A stretch of 64,000 bases of DNA from an uncultured Chloroflexia bacterium (GTDB taxonomy: Bacteria; Chloroflexota; Limnocylindria; Limnocylindrales; CSP1-4). Location of the stretch: positions 416,001 to 480,000 of the forward strand of contig CAVYIM010000005.1 of assembly GCA_963768655.1 (NCBI GenBank). The letters run 5' to 3'. The position numbers and the translations under genes are program-made. Positions 44,354 through 57,945 of this stretch are shown one piece after another. The notes under the pieces were generated by a model. That model did not search any database, had not been told where the DNA came from, and saw nothing but the letters and a program-made list of their open reading frames with translations. Each line of letters starts with the position of its first letter. The stretch's first letter is position 1.

Positions 44354-45235
44354 ATGCCCGAACTGCCCGATCTGGCCATCCTGGCCGACGCGTTTCATGC
44401 CGCCATGGCCGGCCGGCGCGTGCTCTCCATCGAAGCCCCCGGACCGCTCACGGTGCGCGGCACACCCCATGAGATGGGCGCGTTCGAGGGTCAGCGCCTG
44501 GAGCGCTTCTACCGTCGAGGCAAATTCCTGTGGCTGGTATTCGAGCGCGACCGGATCGCCATCAATGCCATGCTCACGGGCCGACTGCAGCTGGCCGCCT
44601 CGCCCGGCGTCCCGAGGCCGCAGAAGACGATGTTCGTCATGCGGTTCGGAACTCGCAGTGGAGGCCCGCCGGCCGATGCCGCGACCTGGACCGCCGGCGC
44701 CGCCTGGATACCGAGTCCAGACTCGACACCTGAGCTCCGCTACCGCGACCCAACTCAGATGGGCAAGATCTACCTCCTGCCGCACGGTCTCAACCGGCAA
44801 GCGCCAGGCGCCGGTTCCGATGAGATGGGCCCCGACGCCGACGACCCGGTCCTGGACCTGAACGAGTGGCGAGCCCGCATCAGACGACATCCGGGCGAAC
44901 TCAAGAATCTCCTTCGCAACCAGGAGTTCGTGGCCGGGATCGGCAACGCGTACTCGGATGAGATCCTCCACGCTGCGCGGCTGCAGCCATTCCGAAAGCG
45001 CGGAATGCTGGCTCCCGAGGAAGTGGATGAGCTGTACGCGGCCACGCGCGCCACTCTGGCGAATGCCGTGGGCGTCCTGCGCGAGCGAGTCCCGCCCACT
45101 TTCGAGACGGAGGTGCGCGACTTCCTGGAAGTCCACAACCGTGGCGGCGAGCCGTGCCCGAGGTGCGGCCATCGGATCACCCAGACCGAGGCGGGCGGCT
45201 TCGTCACCAGCTATTGCCGCAACTGCCAGCGCTGA
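44354..45235 (+). CDS. Fpg/Nei family DNA glycosylase
   Basis: MPELP N-terminus, RRGK, AGIGNAYSDEILH (H2TH), CPRC...CRNCQ zinc finger. Confidence 0.93.
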   Translation: MPELPDLAILADAFHAAMAGRRVLSIEAPGPLTVRGTPHEMGAFEGQRLERFYRRGKFLWLVFERDRIAINAMLTGRLQLAASPGVPRPQKTMFVMRFGTRSGGPPADAATWTAGAAWIPSPDSTPELRYRDPTQMGKIYLLPHGLNRQAPGAGSDEMGPDADDPVLDLNEWRARIRRHPGELKNLLRNQEFVAGIGNAYSDEILHAARLQPFRKRGMLAPEEVDELYAATRATLANAVGVLRERVPPTFETEVRDFLEVHNRGGEPCPRCGHRITQTEAGGFVTSYCRNCQR

Positions 45236-45370
45236 CGCGGCGCGCGGCAGGCCAGATCCGCAGCGGTCAGCTCGCCCGCGCGTCGACGCACGTCGGCTCG
45301 CACCGCGCGTCGTGCCGACTCACCCGCGCCCTCGCCCACAACCCTCGATTCGGGCCGCTAACGCAGAAAT

Positions 45371-45486
45371 CCTGGCGACGACCTATTTTCCCGAAAGGCT
45401 GCCCTCTCAGTATCTTCGGCGCTGGAGAGCTTAACTACCGTGTTCGGGATGGGAACGGGTGTGGCCTCTCCGCTAGTGTCACCAGG
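45371..45486 (-). rRNA. rrf: 5S rRNA
   Basis: CCTGGTGAC...CCCGTTCCCATCCCGAACACGGTAGTTAAGC...GTCGCCAGG. Confidence 0.96.
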
Positions 45487-45633
45487 ATTCCTTGCGTCTG
45501 GACGTGTTTCGGCAGGACGGGCGCGCCTGATTCGCGACCAGGCGCAGCGGCCGCCACCGCAGATCTTCAATCTCGCGTTATGTGCAGTTCATGCTTCTCG
45601 AACCAGCACCCGACCCTTGGTAAGGTGCTGTAG

Positions 45634-48705
<3,072 letters not shown>

Positions 48706-48808
48706 ACCACAGCAACTCACCAAGAGGTCAGCTGCCGTGTGGCCCGGGATGCACCTTGCACATAACTCGGCGAAATTGAAGATCTTCAATCTGCCGAAAC
48801 ATATCCAG

Positions 48809-48820
48809 TTGTTAAGGTGG
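48809..48820 (-). promoter_or_regulatory. spacer boxA-like antitermination element
   Basis: CCACCTTAACAA; matches the leader copy at 51048-51059. Confidence 0.6.
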
Positions 48821-49064
48821 GGCCTTGCGGCCTCGGCCGGCCAGATGCCGGCTGCCCAGCGATCCGCTGGTCGGTGAGCTGTCCTGGCTCACGGATCAGA
48901 GGAGCGATGAAGGTCCAGACACCAAACGACGGCTCGATCGTTGCCGAGCCGCCGTTCTCACAGCGTTGCGTCTCGAGCTTGCTTGGGGCGTCTGGCCCCG
49001 ATATTCATTTTGATCGCTTGTGCGTCGGAGGCAGTTGACCGGTCCTCCAGCTGGCTCCGGGTTG

Positions 49065-49137
49065 TGGAGACGAGGAGACTCGAACTCCTGACCCTCTCCT
49101 TGCAAAGGAGATGCTCTGCCAACTGAGCTACGTCCCC
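49065..49137 (-). tRNA. tRNA-Ala (TGC), CCA not encoded
   Basis: GGGGACG acceptor with G3:U70, loop TTTGCAA; followed by CAA rather than CCA. Confidence 0.96.
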
Positions 49138-49151
49138 AGGCGGCAAGGGAG

Positions 49152-49228
49152 TGGTGGGCGACACTGGACTCGAACCAGTGACCTCTGCCTTATCAGGGCA
49201 GCGCTCTAACCAGCTGAGCTAGTCGCCC
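49152..49228 (-). tRNA. tRNA-Ile (GAT)
   Basis: Loop CTGATAA, CCA end. Confidence 0.97.
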
Positions 49229-49470
49229 GCCTGGCGGTGCCGACGAGCGTCGACCGTCGGTCGCCACGCGGTGCACCTTAACCCTTGAAGAGTGACAGGA
49301 ATTCCGGCCCGAACCGGGCGGTATCGGTGCTTTGCCAGGTCGTCATCGACCTCGCCAGCCCGAGGGCCGGCGTCGCGCTCACCTGACCAGAGCGCAATGT
49401 CGATCGTGACGATCAACCTGGGAGCCATTTAGCGCCGAAGTCTCACCGATGACTCCGACTTGGAACTCCC

Positions 49471-50970
<1,500 letters not shown>

Positions 50971-51047
50971 AAACCTCAGCCTTGCAGCTGAATACGTCCG
51001 AGGGTTATTCCCGCTCGATCCTTACCGGATTTCCTGCCACTCTTCAC

Positions 51048-51059
51048 TTGTTAAGGTGC
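51048..51059 (-). promoter_or_regulatory. rrn leader boxA-like element
   Basis: GCACCTTAACAA just before the 16S processing-stem arm. Confidence 0.6.
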
Positions 51060-51100
51060 CCGCGTTGAAGGCGCGCAACCGCGCCAGGCGCAACACTCGA

Positions 51101-51129
51101 ATGATGAGGGGTGACCTCATCAGTGTCAA
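51101..51129 (-). promoter_or_regulatory. putative rrn P2 promoter
   Basis: TTGACA-17 nt-CATCAT. Confidence 0.5.
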
Positions 51130-51196
51130 GCGACGCACCGGGGGACCGGCCCGTCAGCCGACGGCCAAGAAGGTCGTCGGACCAGGGCGCCGCGGA

Positions 51197-51225
51197 ATAC
51201 TATCGGCCTCCGCCCCGCGTGTCAA
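51197..51225 (-). promoter_or_regulatory. rrn P1 promoter
   Basis: TTGACA-17 nt-TAGTAT followed by a GC-rich discriminator. Confidence 0.8.
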
Positions 51226-51465
51226 ACGCTCTCCCGCCCGGTATCGGTCGCGCCAAAGCCGGGCTGCGCCGAGGCCGGGACAGCCGCGGGACGGCCGTCA
51301 GTGCCATGGGCCGCGAGATGGGCCGCGAGCCACTCAGGCGCAGGTCAACGCGGCGACGACTGCCGCAGCGGGCGACACCCGAACGCCCTGGTCAAGGGGC
51401 CCAAAACCAACGCCGGAATGCGCCGCCTGACAAGCAGGACGCAAGCGGCGATACGGTGGGCCGGG

Positions 51466-51651
51466 CTAAATCGGGCTGCTCTCGACCAGCAGGAGAGCCA
51501 CCGCCGCGGAGATCCAGCACAGCGCCGCGAGCTCGAAAGTGGGCGTTACGCCGGCCGCCAGGACAGCCACGAGGTAGATGATCGCGCCGACGATGCCGGC
51601 CGCGACCAGCTTGGCGAGGCGGAGCAGGATCTCGTTGATCAGCTGACTCAT
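51466..51651 (-). CDS. small two-TM membrane protein, unknown function
   Basis: 61 aa, two hydrophobic helices, SD AGGAG, follows recR. Confidence 0.7.
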   Translation of the reverse strand: MSQLINEILLRLAKLVAAGIVGAIIYLVAVLAAGVTPTFELAALCWISAAVALLLVESSPI

Positions 51652-51730
51652 GAAGCACTCCTGAGTATCGTGGAGACGATCCCGGGCCGAGGCCGGCCGC
51701 TCGAGACGCAGGGTCGCGCGAAGCGCCGCA

Positions 51731-52348
51731 TCAGATCGCCCGCCGGCCCTGCAGCGCTCTGATCAGAGTCACTTCGTCCGCGTATTCGAGGTCGCCGCCG
51801 ACGGGCAATCCCCGCGCGATCCTGGTCACGCTGCCGACGAGCGGCTCCAGGCGTTCGGCCAGATACATCGCGGTGGCCTCCCCTTCGAGCGTGGGGTTCG
51901 TGGCGATCACGACCTCCTCGAAGCGCGCGCCGGCCCGGTTCGCCTCGTCGGCCCGCTCCAGCAACTGGCGGACCTTCAGTCGCTCGGGACCCACGCCATC
52001 GATCGGCGAGATGGCGCCGTGGAGCACGTGGTATAGACCCTTGAACTCGCCGGTCCGCTCCAGCGCCAGGACATCCAGCGGCTCCTCCACCACGCACAGC
52101 CGCGCGGCGTCCCGCCCCGGGTCGGAGCATATGGCGCAGACCGGCCGATCGCTGATGTTGAAGCAGCGCTCGCAGAAGACGACCTGCTCTCGCACGGCGA
52201 TGAGGGCGGCGGCAAGGGCGCGCGCTTCGGTGTCGGGCGCGCGCAGCAAGTGGTACGTCAGCCGCTGCGCCGTCTTGGGTCCGATGCCGGGCAGGCGGGC
52301 GAAGGAGTCGATGAGCCGCGCGACCGGCTCGATCAGAAGAGCGGGCAC
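51731..52348 (-). CDS. recR: recombination protein RecR
   Basis: LPGIGPKTAQRL, C4 zinc finger, YHVLHG, TOPRIM EGEATA. Confidence 0.98.
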   Translation of the reverse strand: MPALLIEPVARLIDSFARLPGIGPKTAQRLTYHLLRAPDTEARALAAALIAVREQVVFCERCFNISDRPVCAICSDPGRDAARLCVVEEPLDVLALERTGEFKGLYHVLHGAISPIDGVGPERLKVRQLLERADEANRAGARFEEVVIATNPTLEGEATAMYLAERLEPLVGSVTRIARGLPVGGDLEYADEVTLIRALQGRRAI

Positions 52349-52354
52349 GGAAGG

Positions 52355-52660
52355 CTACATTCCCGGCAACCGGAGACCGCCGGTGACGGCCCCCATCTTC
52401 GCCTCGGCCAGCTCCCGGGCCGCCCGCTGCGCGTCGGTGACGGCGGCCACGATCAGGTCCTGGAGCATCTCGACGTCCGCGGGATCGACGGCCGACGGAT
52501 CGATGGCGATGCTCACGAGCTCCTGTTTGCCGTTGGCAACGGCCTTGACGACGCCGCCTCCGGCGGTCCCCTCGACGGTCGTCACGGCGAGCTCCTGCTG
52601 GACGCGCGCGAGGTCTTGCTGCATCTGCATTGCCATCCGCTGCAGGTTGGCCATGCTCAT
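52355..52660 (-). CDS. ybaB: YbaB/EbfC nucleoid-associated protein
   Basis: GTAGGGVV, DVEMLQDLIVAAV; between dnaX and recR. Confidence 0.95.
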   Translation of the reverse strand: MSMANLQRMAMQMQQDLARVQQELAVTTVEGTAGGGVVKAVANGKQELVSIAIDPSAVDPADVEMLQDLIVAAVTDAQRAARELAEAKMGAVTGGLRLPGM

Positions 52661-52798
52661 TTCGTGTCCTCCTGGGATCCGTTGCGGCTCACCGGCTGCG
52701 TCCGCCGCCGCCTCCGAAGTCTGGCCGAAACCATACCCGGCTGCACGGCCGAAAGGAGCGGTCAGCCCGGGCGCCCCGCGCCATCGGCCAATTGGGGC

Positions 52799-54469
52799 TC
52801 AACCTACGTCGCCCACGTCGATCGCGTCGTCGCCGTAGATCCGTTTGAACTCGGTCAGCAGGCGGGAGCTGTCTGGGTCCTCGGGCAGCGGCGCGACCTC
52901 GACGTTCGCGGCTACGCAGCGCACGGACACGGGCATGCCTAGAACGCGGCTGACGCCGTCCTCCAGGATCGGACGGCGGCGATCGGCGACATCCTTGAAG
53001 AAGCTCTGGGTCTCCGGGAAGCCCAGCGTGACGACATTGCCGTCGACGCTGACGGGGCGGCAGGCGACGATGAGCGGCCGCGTCGGCGGGCTCTTGCTGA
53101 TGACCTCGACGATCTCGGCCCAGCGCTCCAGCAGCAGGGCGAGCGTCGGCCCGGACCGTGTGCCAGGGGCGGTCGAAGGCGCAGGCTCACTGCGAGCCGG
53201 AGGGACGGCCGGAGCCGAACTGGCGGCCGGGGCCGGATGCGCGGCCGGGGCCGACACATCGGCCGGAGCCGCTGGCGGGGGCGGGGCCGAAGACGGGCGC
53301 TCGGCCGAACGTTCTGGCGCGGCCGAAGGCACCCGTGCGGGGACCGGCGCCCGAACCGCGGGTCGCTCCAGGGGCGCGGGTGCGGGCGCATACGCGGGTG
53401 CGGCCGCGGAGATCGCGGCGGTTCCAACGGGCGCCAGCAGGGCCAGCTCCAGCTGGAGGCGCAAGCCGCCGGCACCGGGATGGGCCATGTCGATCGAGGC
53501 CAGGCGCCGGGCGGCTGCCGACAGAGCGCCGGGGCCGGCGGACGCAAGCCCCGAGGGCGTTCCGCGACCCAGCGACGAAAGCAGCGCCAGCCGCAACCCC
53601 TCGATGGCCTGCTCCGTGAAGGCGCGCAGGTCGCGGCCTCGCTCCTCCAGCCCGTCGAGTATCTCGATGCCGGCGACGGCCTCGCCGCCGACCAGCGCTT
53701 CGAGAAAAGCCTCGACCGTCTCCTCCTCGACCAGACCCAGTACGTCGCGAACGTGGTCCGCCGTCAGATCGCCGGCATCAGTGCCGAGGAGCTGGTCGAG
53801 CATCGACTCGGCGTCGCGCATGCCGCCGGCGGCCAGGCGGGCGATCAGGTCGATCGCCTCCGGCTCAGCCGTTCGGCCGTCGGCCGCCAGGATCGTCCGC
53901 AGCTTGCCGCCGATCTCGCCCACGGTCAGCCGCCGGAAGTCGAAGCGCTGAACCCGCGAAACGACGGCCGGCCGGATCTGGGTGCTGTCGGTGGTGCAGA
54001 AGACGAAGACGACGTGGTCGGGCGGCTCTTCGAGGGTCTTGAGCAGGACGTCCCAGCCCTCGCGGATCCGTTGGACTTCATCGACAATGAAGACCTTGAC
54101 GGTCAGGTCCGAAGGCGCGGTGTAGATCCGGGGCAGGAGCTCGCGCATGTCGTCAACGCGGTTGTTCGAGGCCGCGTCCATCTCGCTGACGTCGAGGGCG
54201 CGGCCGTCGCGAATGGCCACGCAGGCGGGGCACTCGTCGCACGGCTCGCCGTCACGAAGGTTCGAGCAGTTGAGCGCCTTCGCCAGGATTCGCGCCATCG
54301 AAGTCTTGCCGGTTCCGCGCGGACCGACGAACAGATAGGCATGGGCGGTCCGGCCCGAGCGCACGGCGTTGCGCAGCGTCTCGACGACCGCCTGCTGGCC
54401 GACGATCTGGCCGAACGTCTGGGCGCGCCAGCGGCGATAGATGGCCTGGTGCTGTGGTGTCGAGCTCAC
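52799..54469 (-). CDS. dnaX: DNA polymerase III subunit gamma/tau
   Basis: YRRWR, GPRGTGKTS, CDECPAC, DAASN, LKTLEEPP, GGMRDA. Confidence 0.97.
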   Translation of the reverse strand: MSSTPQHQAIYRRWRAQTFGQIVGQQAVVETLRNAVRSGRTAHAYLFVGPRGTGKTSMARILAKALNCSNLRDGEPCDECPACVAIRDGRALDVSEMDAASNNRVDDMRELLPRIYTAPSDLTVKVFIVDEVQRIREGWDVLLKTLEEPPDHVVFVFCTTDSTQIRPAVVSRVQRFDFRRLTVGEIGGKLRTILAADGRTAEPEAIDLIARLAAGGMRDAESMLDQLLGTDAGDLTADHVRDVLGLVEEETVEAFLEALVGGEAVAGIEILDGLEERGRDLRAFTEQAIEGLRLALLSSLGRGTPSGLASAGPGALSAAARRLASIDMAHPGAGGLRLQLELALLAPVGTAAISAAAPAYAPAPAPLERPAVRAPVPARVPSAAPERSAERPSSAPPPPAAPADVSAPAAHPAPAASSAPAVPPARSEPAPSTAPGTRSGPTLALLLERWAEIVEVISKSPPTRPLIVACRPVSVDGNVVTLGFPETQSFFKDVADRRRPILEDGVSRVLGMPVSVRCVAANVEVAPLPEDPDSSRLLTEFKRIYGDDAIDVGDVG

Positions 54470-54540
54470 GCTGCTCCTGCCGGCACGGGCAAGACGAGGG
54501 GCGGCGCCGCCGGCGCTGTCCGCCGGCCGCCGGGTCGAGT

Positions 54541-54806
54541 GCCGTGCACCCTCCGTCGACCGACCGTTCCCGTGCCCACCAGTTGAGGCAGCTCAGACCA
54601 GGCCATTCCGCGGCACCCGACGATCATCGCTTAGTGCTGCTTCCTTCCGGACCTGACACGCTTCGCGAGCCGCCGCTGCGCGGGACCCGGCCCTCAACGT
54701 CACCACAAGCGGCGGCCTTCGAGGACGGGGACCTCGGGAGGGAATTCAGCCCTGCTGGAGCGGATTGCAGGTTACAGGGCACCGCTAGTTCCCCGCCTAG
54801 CACGGC
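54541..54806 (-). ncRNA. ffs: signal recognition particle RNA, large (Alu-containing) bacterial type
   Basis: Helix 8 TGTCAGGTCCGGAAGGAAGCAGCA; 5' GCCGTGCTAGGCGGGGAA...CCTGTAACCTGCAATCCGC Alu part; ends pair (GCCGTGC/GCACGGC); TGCTATGAT promoter upstream. Confidence 0.93.
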
Positions 54807-54892
54807 CCGAGAATCATAGCAGCAGCCGGTGCCGGAGCCGAGCCTCGGCCTGGAGCGACGCGCGCGCGGCACCACGGCGACATGGAAACGAG

Positions 54893-54980
54893 TGGCGGAG
54901 AGGGAGGGATTTGAACCCTCGATGGGTTGCCCCATACCGCATTTCCAGTGCGGCGCCCTAGGCCACTAGGCGACCTCTCC
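54893..54980 (-). tRNA. tRNA-Ser (GGA)
   Basis: Loop CTGGAAA, long variable arm, GCCA end. Confidence 0.96.
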
Positions 54981-55047
54981 GCGAAGACGGCCCGCGCGAC
55001 GGGCAGATCGCCGACCGGCCGGGCCGGCGACCCGGGAACCGAGAGAG

Positions 55048-55133
<86 letters not shown>

Positions 55134-55211
55134 GCGCGAGAGAATACCAGAGCCCGGCGAGGCGTCTGCCGATGGGAGCGGTGGACGGGGCCGATCGCTC
55201 CGCCGACCGGT

Positions 55212-55694
55212 TCAGCCGGCTGCCGTCCTGAGGCGCTCGGTAGCGCGCAGGCTTTCGACCGGGCCGGCCTTGACGAAGAGCTCTTCGGCCTCCTCGCAGC
55301 GGATGCCGCTGACGACCTTGAGCTTGCGCGACAGCCGCGTTTCCTGGGCGAGCTGAATCGCCCCGCCGGCCGCGCCGTCGACCAAGTTGGAGACGGCGAA
55401 GACCAGCGCCTCGACGTCGCAAGCCAGGAGAGCCCCGACGCACATCGGGCACGGCTCACGGGTGACGAAGATCGTGGCGTCGGCCAGGCGGACGCGGCCG
55501 AGCTTTCGAGCGGCCTCGCGCAGGGCGACGATAACCGCGTGGGCGGTGGGATCGTTGCATTCCTGGACCCTGTCGTGGGCCCGGGCCACCATGGCGTCGC
55601 TGACGACCGCGACGGCGCCGATCGGGGCCTTGCCCTGGTCGAGCGCGAGTTGGGCCTCGGCCAGAGCCTCTCCCATGAACAGCTCGTAGTTCAT
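55212..55694 (-). CDS. tadA: TadA-family deaminase lacking the catalytic Glu (HAV instead of HAE)
   Basis: Start MNYELFMGEAL; PIGAV, DPTAHAV, EPCPMC, GAAG; lies upstream of SRP RNA-dnaX as tadA does in Bacillus. Confidence 0.85.
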   Translation of the reverse strand: MNYELFMGEALAEAQLALDQGKAPIGAVAVVSDAMVARAHDRVQECNDPTAHAVIVALREAARKLGRVRLADATIFVTREPCPMCVGALLACDVEALVFAVSNLVDGAAGGAIQLAQETRLSRKLKVVSGIRCEEAEELFVKAGPVESLRATERLRTAAG

Positions 55695-55776
55695 GGGCGG
55701 ATCATACAGGCCCGCGGCGTCGAAAATGGGCTCGGGAAGCCCGTTACCGGCCGGCGGGCCGCGCACTGGATCGCAC

Positions 55777-56712
55777 TCAGTCCCGTGCCGGGTCGGGCGG
55801 GGCCGCCGGCTCCGACAGCTCCGAGTCCGGCGGGGCCGCCGGGGCCGACAGCTCGCGAATGGCCCGGGCCACGACCGACATGTCCTCGTCGCCGTGGCCG
55901 CCGTCGAGCAGCCGATCCTCCAGGGCCGCGGCCAGCATCGCCGTCGGAAGCATGACACCGGTTTCGCCGGCCATCTCGAGGGCGATCCCAAGGTCCTTGC
56001 GGTGCAGCGCCAGGCGGAAGCCGAGCGGGTACTCGTCATCGATCATCCGGCCGCTCCGGTTCGCCAGGACCCAGCTCGCGGCCGCGCCGCCCGACAGGGC
56101 TTCCACAAGGCGGCTCGGATCGAGCCCCGCCCGAATGCCCAGGACGATGCCCTCAGCCACGCCCAGATAGGCCCCGGCGATGATCACCTGGTTCACTGCC
56201 TTGGCGGCCTGGCCGTTGCCGAGCGGCCCGAGGTGAGTGACGGTCCGTCCGATCACCTCCAGGACGGGCCGAGCCCGCGCGACGTCGGCGTCGGAGCCGC
56301 CGGCGAAGATGGTCAGAGTGCCCAGTCGGGCGCCCTCCGAGCCGCCCGAGACGGGGGCGTCCACCATGCCGATGCCACGTTCCGCCAGGCGGCGGCCGAA
56401 CTGGCGGGTCGCGGCCGGAGCGATGGTCGAACAGTCGATGACGAGGGATCCGGCGGCGGCGCCCGTGGCCACTCCGCCCGGACCGAAGAGGACGGACGCG
56501 ACGTCCGGGCTGTCCGAGACGCAGACGACGACGACGTCCGAGGAGGCGGCCAGCTCCGCGGGACTCGCGGCCTCGCGCGCGCCGAGCTCGAGGAGTGCCG
56601 CGGCACGCCCGGGCGTTCTATTCCAGACGGTGAGCGGCGCACCCGCCCGAGCCAGGTTGGCGGCCATCGAGGCGCCCATGGTGCCGAGCCCCACGAACCC
56701 GATCCGTTCCAC
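55777..56712 (-). CDS. beta-hydroxyacid dehydrogenase (3-hydroxyisobutyrate DH/GarR family)
   Basis: GTG start after SD GAAGGAG; IGFVGLGTMG, WNRT, DAPVSGG, KAVNQ, KDL. Confidence 0.92.
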   Translation of the reverse strand: MERIGFVGLGTMGASMAANLARAGAPLTVWNRTPGRAAALLELGAREAASPAELAASSDVVVVCVSDSPDVASVLFGPGGVATGAAAGSLVIDCSTIAPAATRQFGRRLAERGIGMVDAPVSGGSEGARLGTLTIFAGGSDADVARARPVLEVIGRTVTHLGPLGNGQAAKAVNQVIIAGAYLGVAEGIVLGIRAGLDPSRLVEALSGGAAASWVLANRSGRMIDDEYPLGFRLALHRKDLGIALEMAGETGVMLPTAMLAAALEDRLLDGGHGDEDMSVVARAIRELSAPAAPPDSELSEPAAPPDPARD

Positions 56713-56892
56713 GCTCGCTCCTTCGCCAGCTTGCATCTGCCGGCTCCATGCTAGCGGCCCGGCCGAGGATCCTGGCGGGGGCTTGGATGGGCGGTGATAC
56801 GATGCCGCCCCGAGGAAGCATCTGCGTCCATCCACAGTCGGATGTCGATGCTCGCGTCTCTTCGCCCCCGAGCCCATGATGGAGTCGAAATC

Positions 56893-57945
56893 TTGAATCC
56901 GCCTATCCGTTCGGGGCTCGTCGGGAGAATGGCGAGCGCCCTGCTCGTATCGGCGCTCGTGGCCGCGTGCGGCGCGGCGACTCTCTCGCCGTCTCCGAGC
57001 CAGACTCGACAGAGCGCGAGTCCGGCGGAGGCAGTCGCGTCTGCCGGGTCGACGCCGACGCCCTCGCCCACAGGCACGCCGTCCCCCACGGCGTCGTCGG
57101 CGCCGTCCATGACGCCCGCGACGCCCTCGCCCACTCCCTCGCCCAAACCCTCGCCGACCCCATTCTCGGTCGTCGCCGCCACGAGCTGCGACCCCAGCGT
57201 GGTCCCGGGCTCCGAGTACGCGCCGCCACCGCCGGCGCCGTCCCCGAATTCGAAGCCGGTCACGCTGCACGTCCCCATCCTCGAGTACCACCGTATCGTT
57301 CCGCCGGCCCGAGCCGGGAGATCGGCCCCGGGGCTGACGATGACGCCCCAGGTCTTCGACGCCCAGATGGCCGCGCTGGCCAAGGCGGGGTGGCACACCA
57401 TCACCCTCGCCGCCCTCGCCGACGATCTGGCGGCCAACGTGAGCCCGCCCTCGCATACCTTCGTAGTCACGATCGACGATGGCTGGTGGGACAGCTTTGA
57501 CTACGCCTTCAACATCCTCCTCAGATACGGGTTCGTGGCCACCTTCTTCGTGATCGCCGACCGGATCGGCCAGCCCCTGTTCCTGGCACCGGACGAGATC
57601 CAGATCCTGGCCGCGGCGGGCAACGACATCGGCGACCACACCGTCCACCACGACGCGTTGACCGCCGCGCAGCCGAAGGCGCTGACCTACGAGATCGATT
57701 CCGGGGCGGCGACGATCGCCGCCATCACCGGACGCTGGCCCGAGACGCTGGCCTATCCACTGGGCAAGGCCGACTCGCGGGTGCTGGCCGCCGTCGCCGC
57801 CTGCAAGTCGCTGCGTCTGGCGGTTGTCGAGGGCAGCGGCGCTCGCGAGACCTGGGCCACTCAATTCCACGTGTCGCGCATTCAGGTCGGCCCGCAGCGG
57901 CTGCCGGCAGATCTGCTCGCCGAGGTTCAACGTGTCGGCCGCTGA
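56893..57945 (+). CDS. lipoprotein polysaccharide deacetylase (CE4/NodB) with Ser/Pro/Thr linker
   Basis: Lipobox LVAAC, PILEYH, TIDDG, HTVHH, AYPLG; start (TTG 56893 or ATG 56929) uncertain. Confidence 0.85.
   Translation: MNPPIRSGLVGRMASALLVSALVAACGAATLSPSPSQTRQSASPAEAVASAGSTPTPSPTGTPSPTASSAPSMTPATPSPTPSPKPSPTPFSVVAATSCDPSVVPGSEYAPPPPAPSPNSKPVTLHVPILEYHRIVPPARAGRSAPGLTMTPQVFDAQMAALAKAGWHTITLAALADDLAANVSPPSHTFVVTIDDGWWDSFDYAFNILLRYGFVATFFVIADRIGQPLFLAPDEIQILAAAGNDIGDHTVHHDALTAAQPKALTYEIDSGAATIAAITGRWPETLAYPLGKADSRVLAAVAACKSLRLAVVEGSGARETWATQFHVSRIQVGPQRLPADLLAEVQRVGR

Noticed and set aside
52799-53450. Programmed frameshift in dnaX (gamma/tau)
   Set aside because: No AAAAAAG or long A/T slippery run; only a Pro/Ala linker.
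55790-55858. Short tandem duplication (ELSAPAAPPD/ELSEPAAPPD) at the dehydrogenase 3' end
   Set aside because: Two copies only, a local slippage duplication in a tail; not CRISPR-like.
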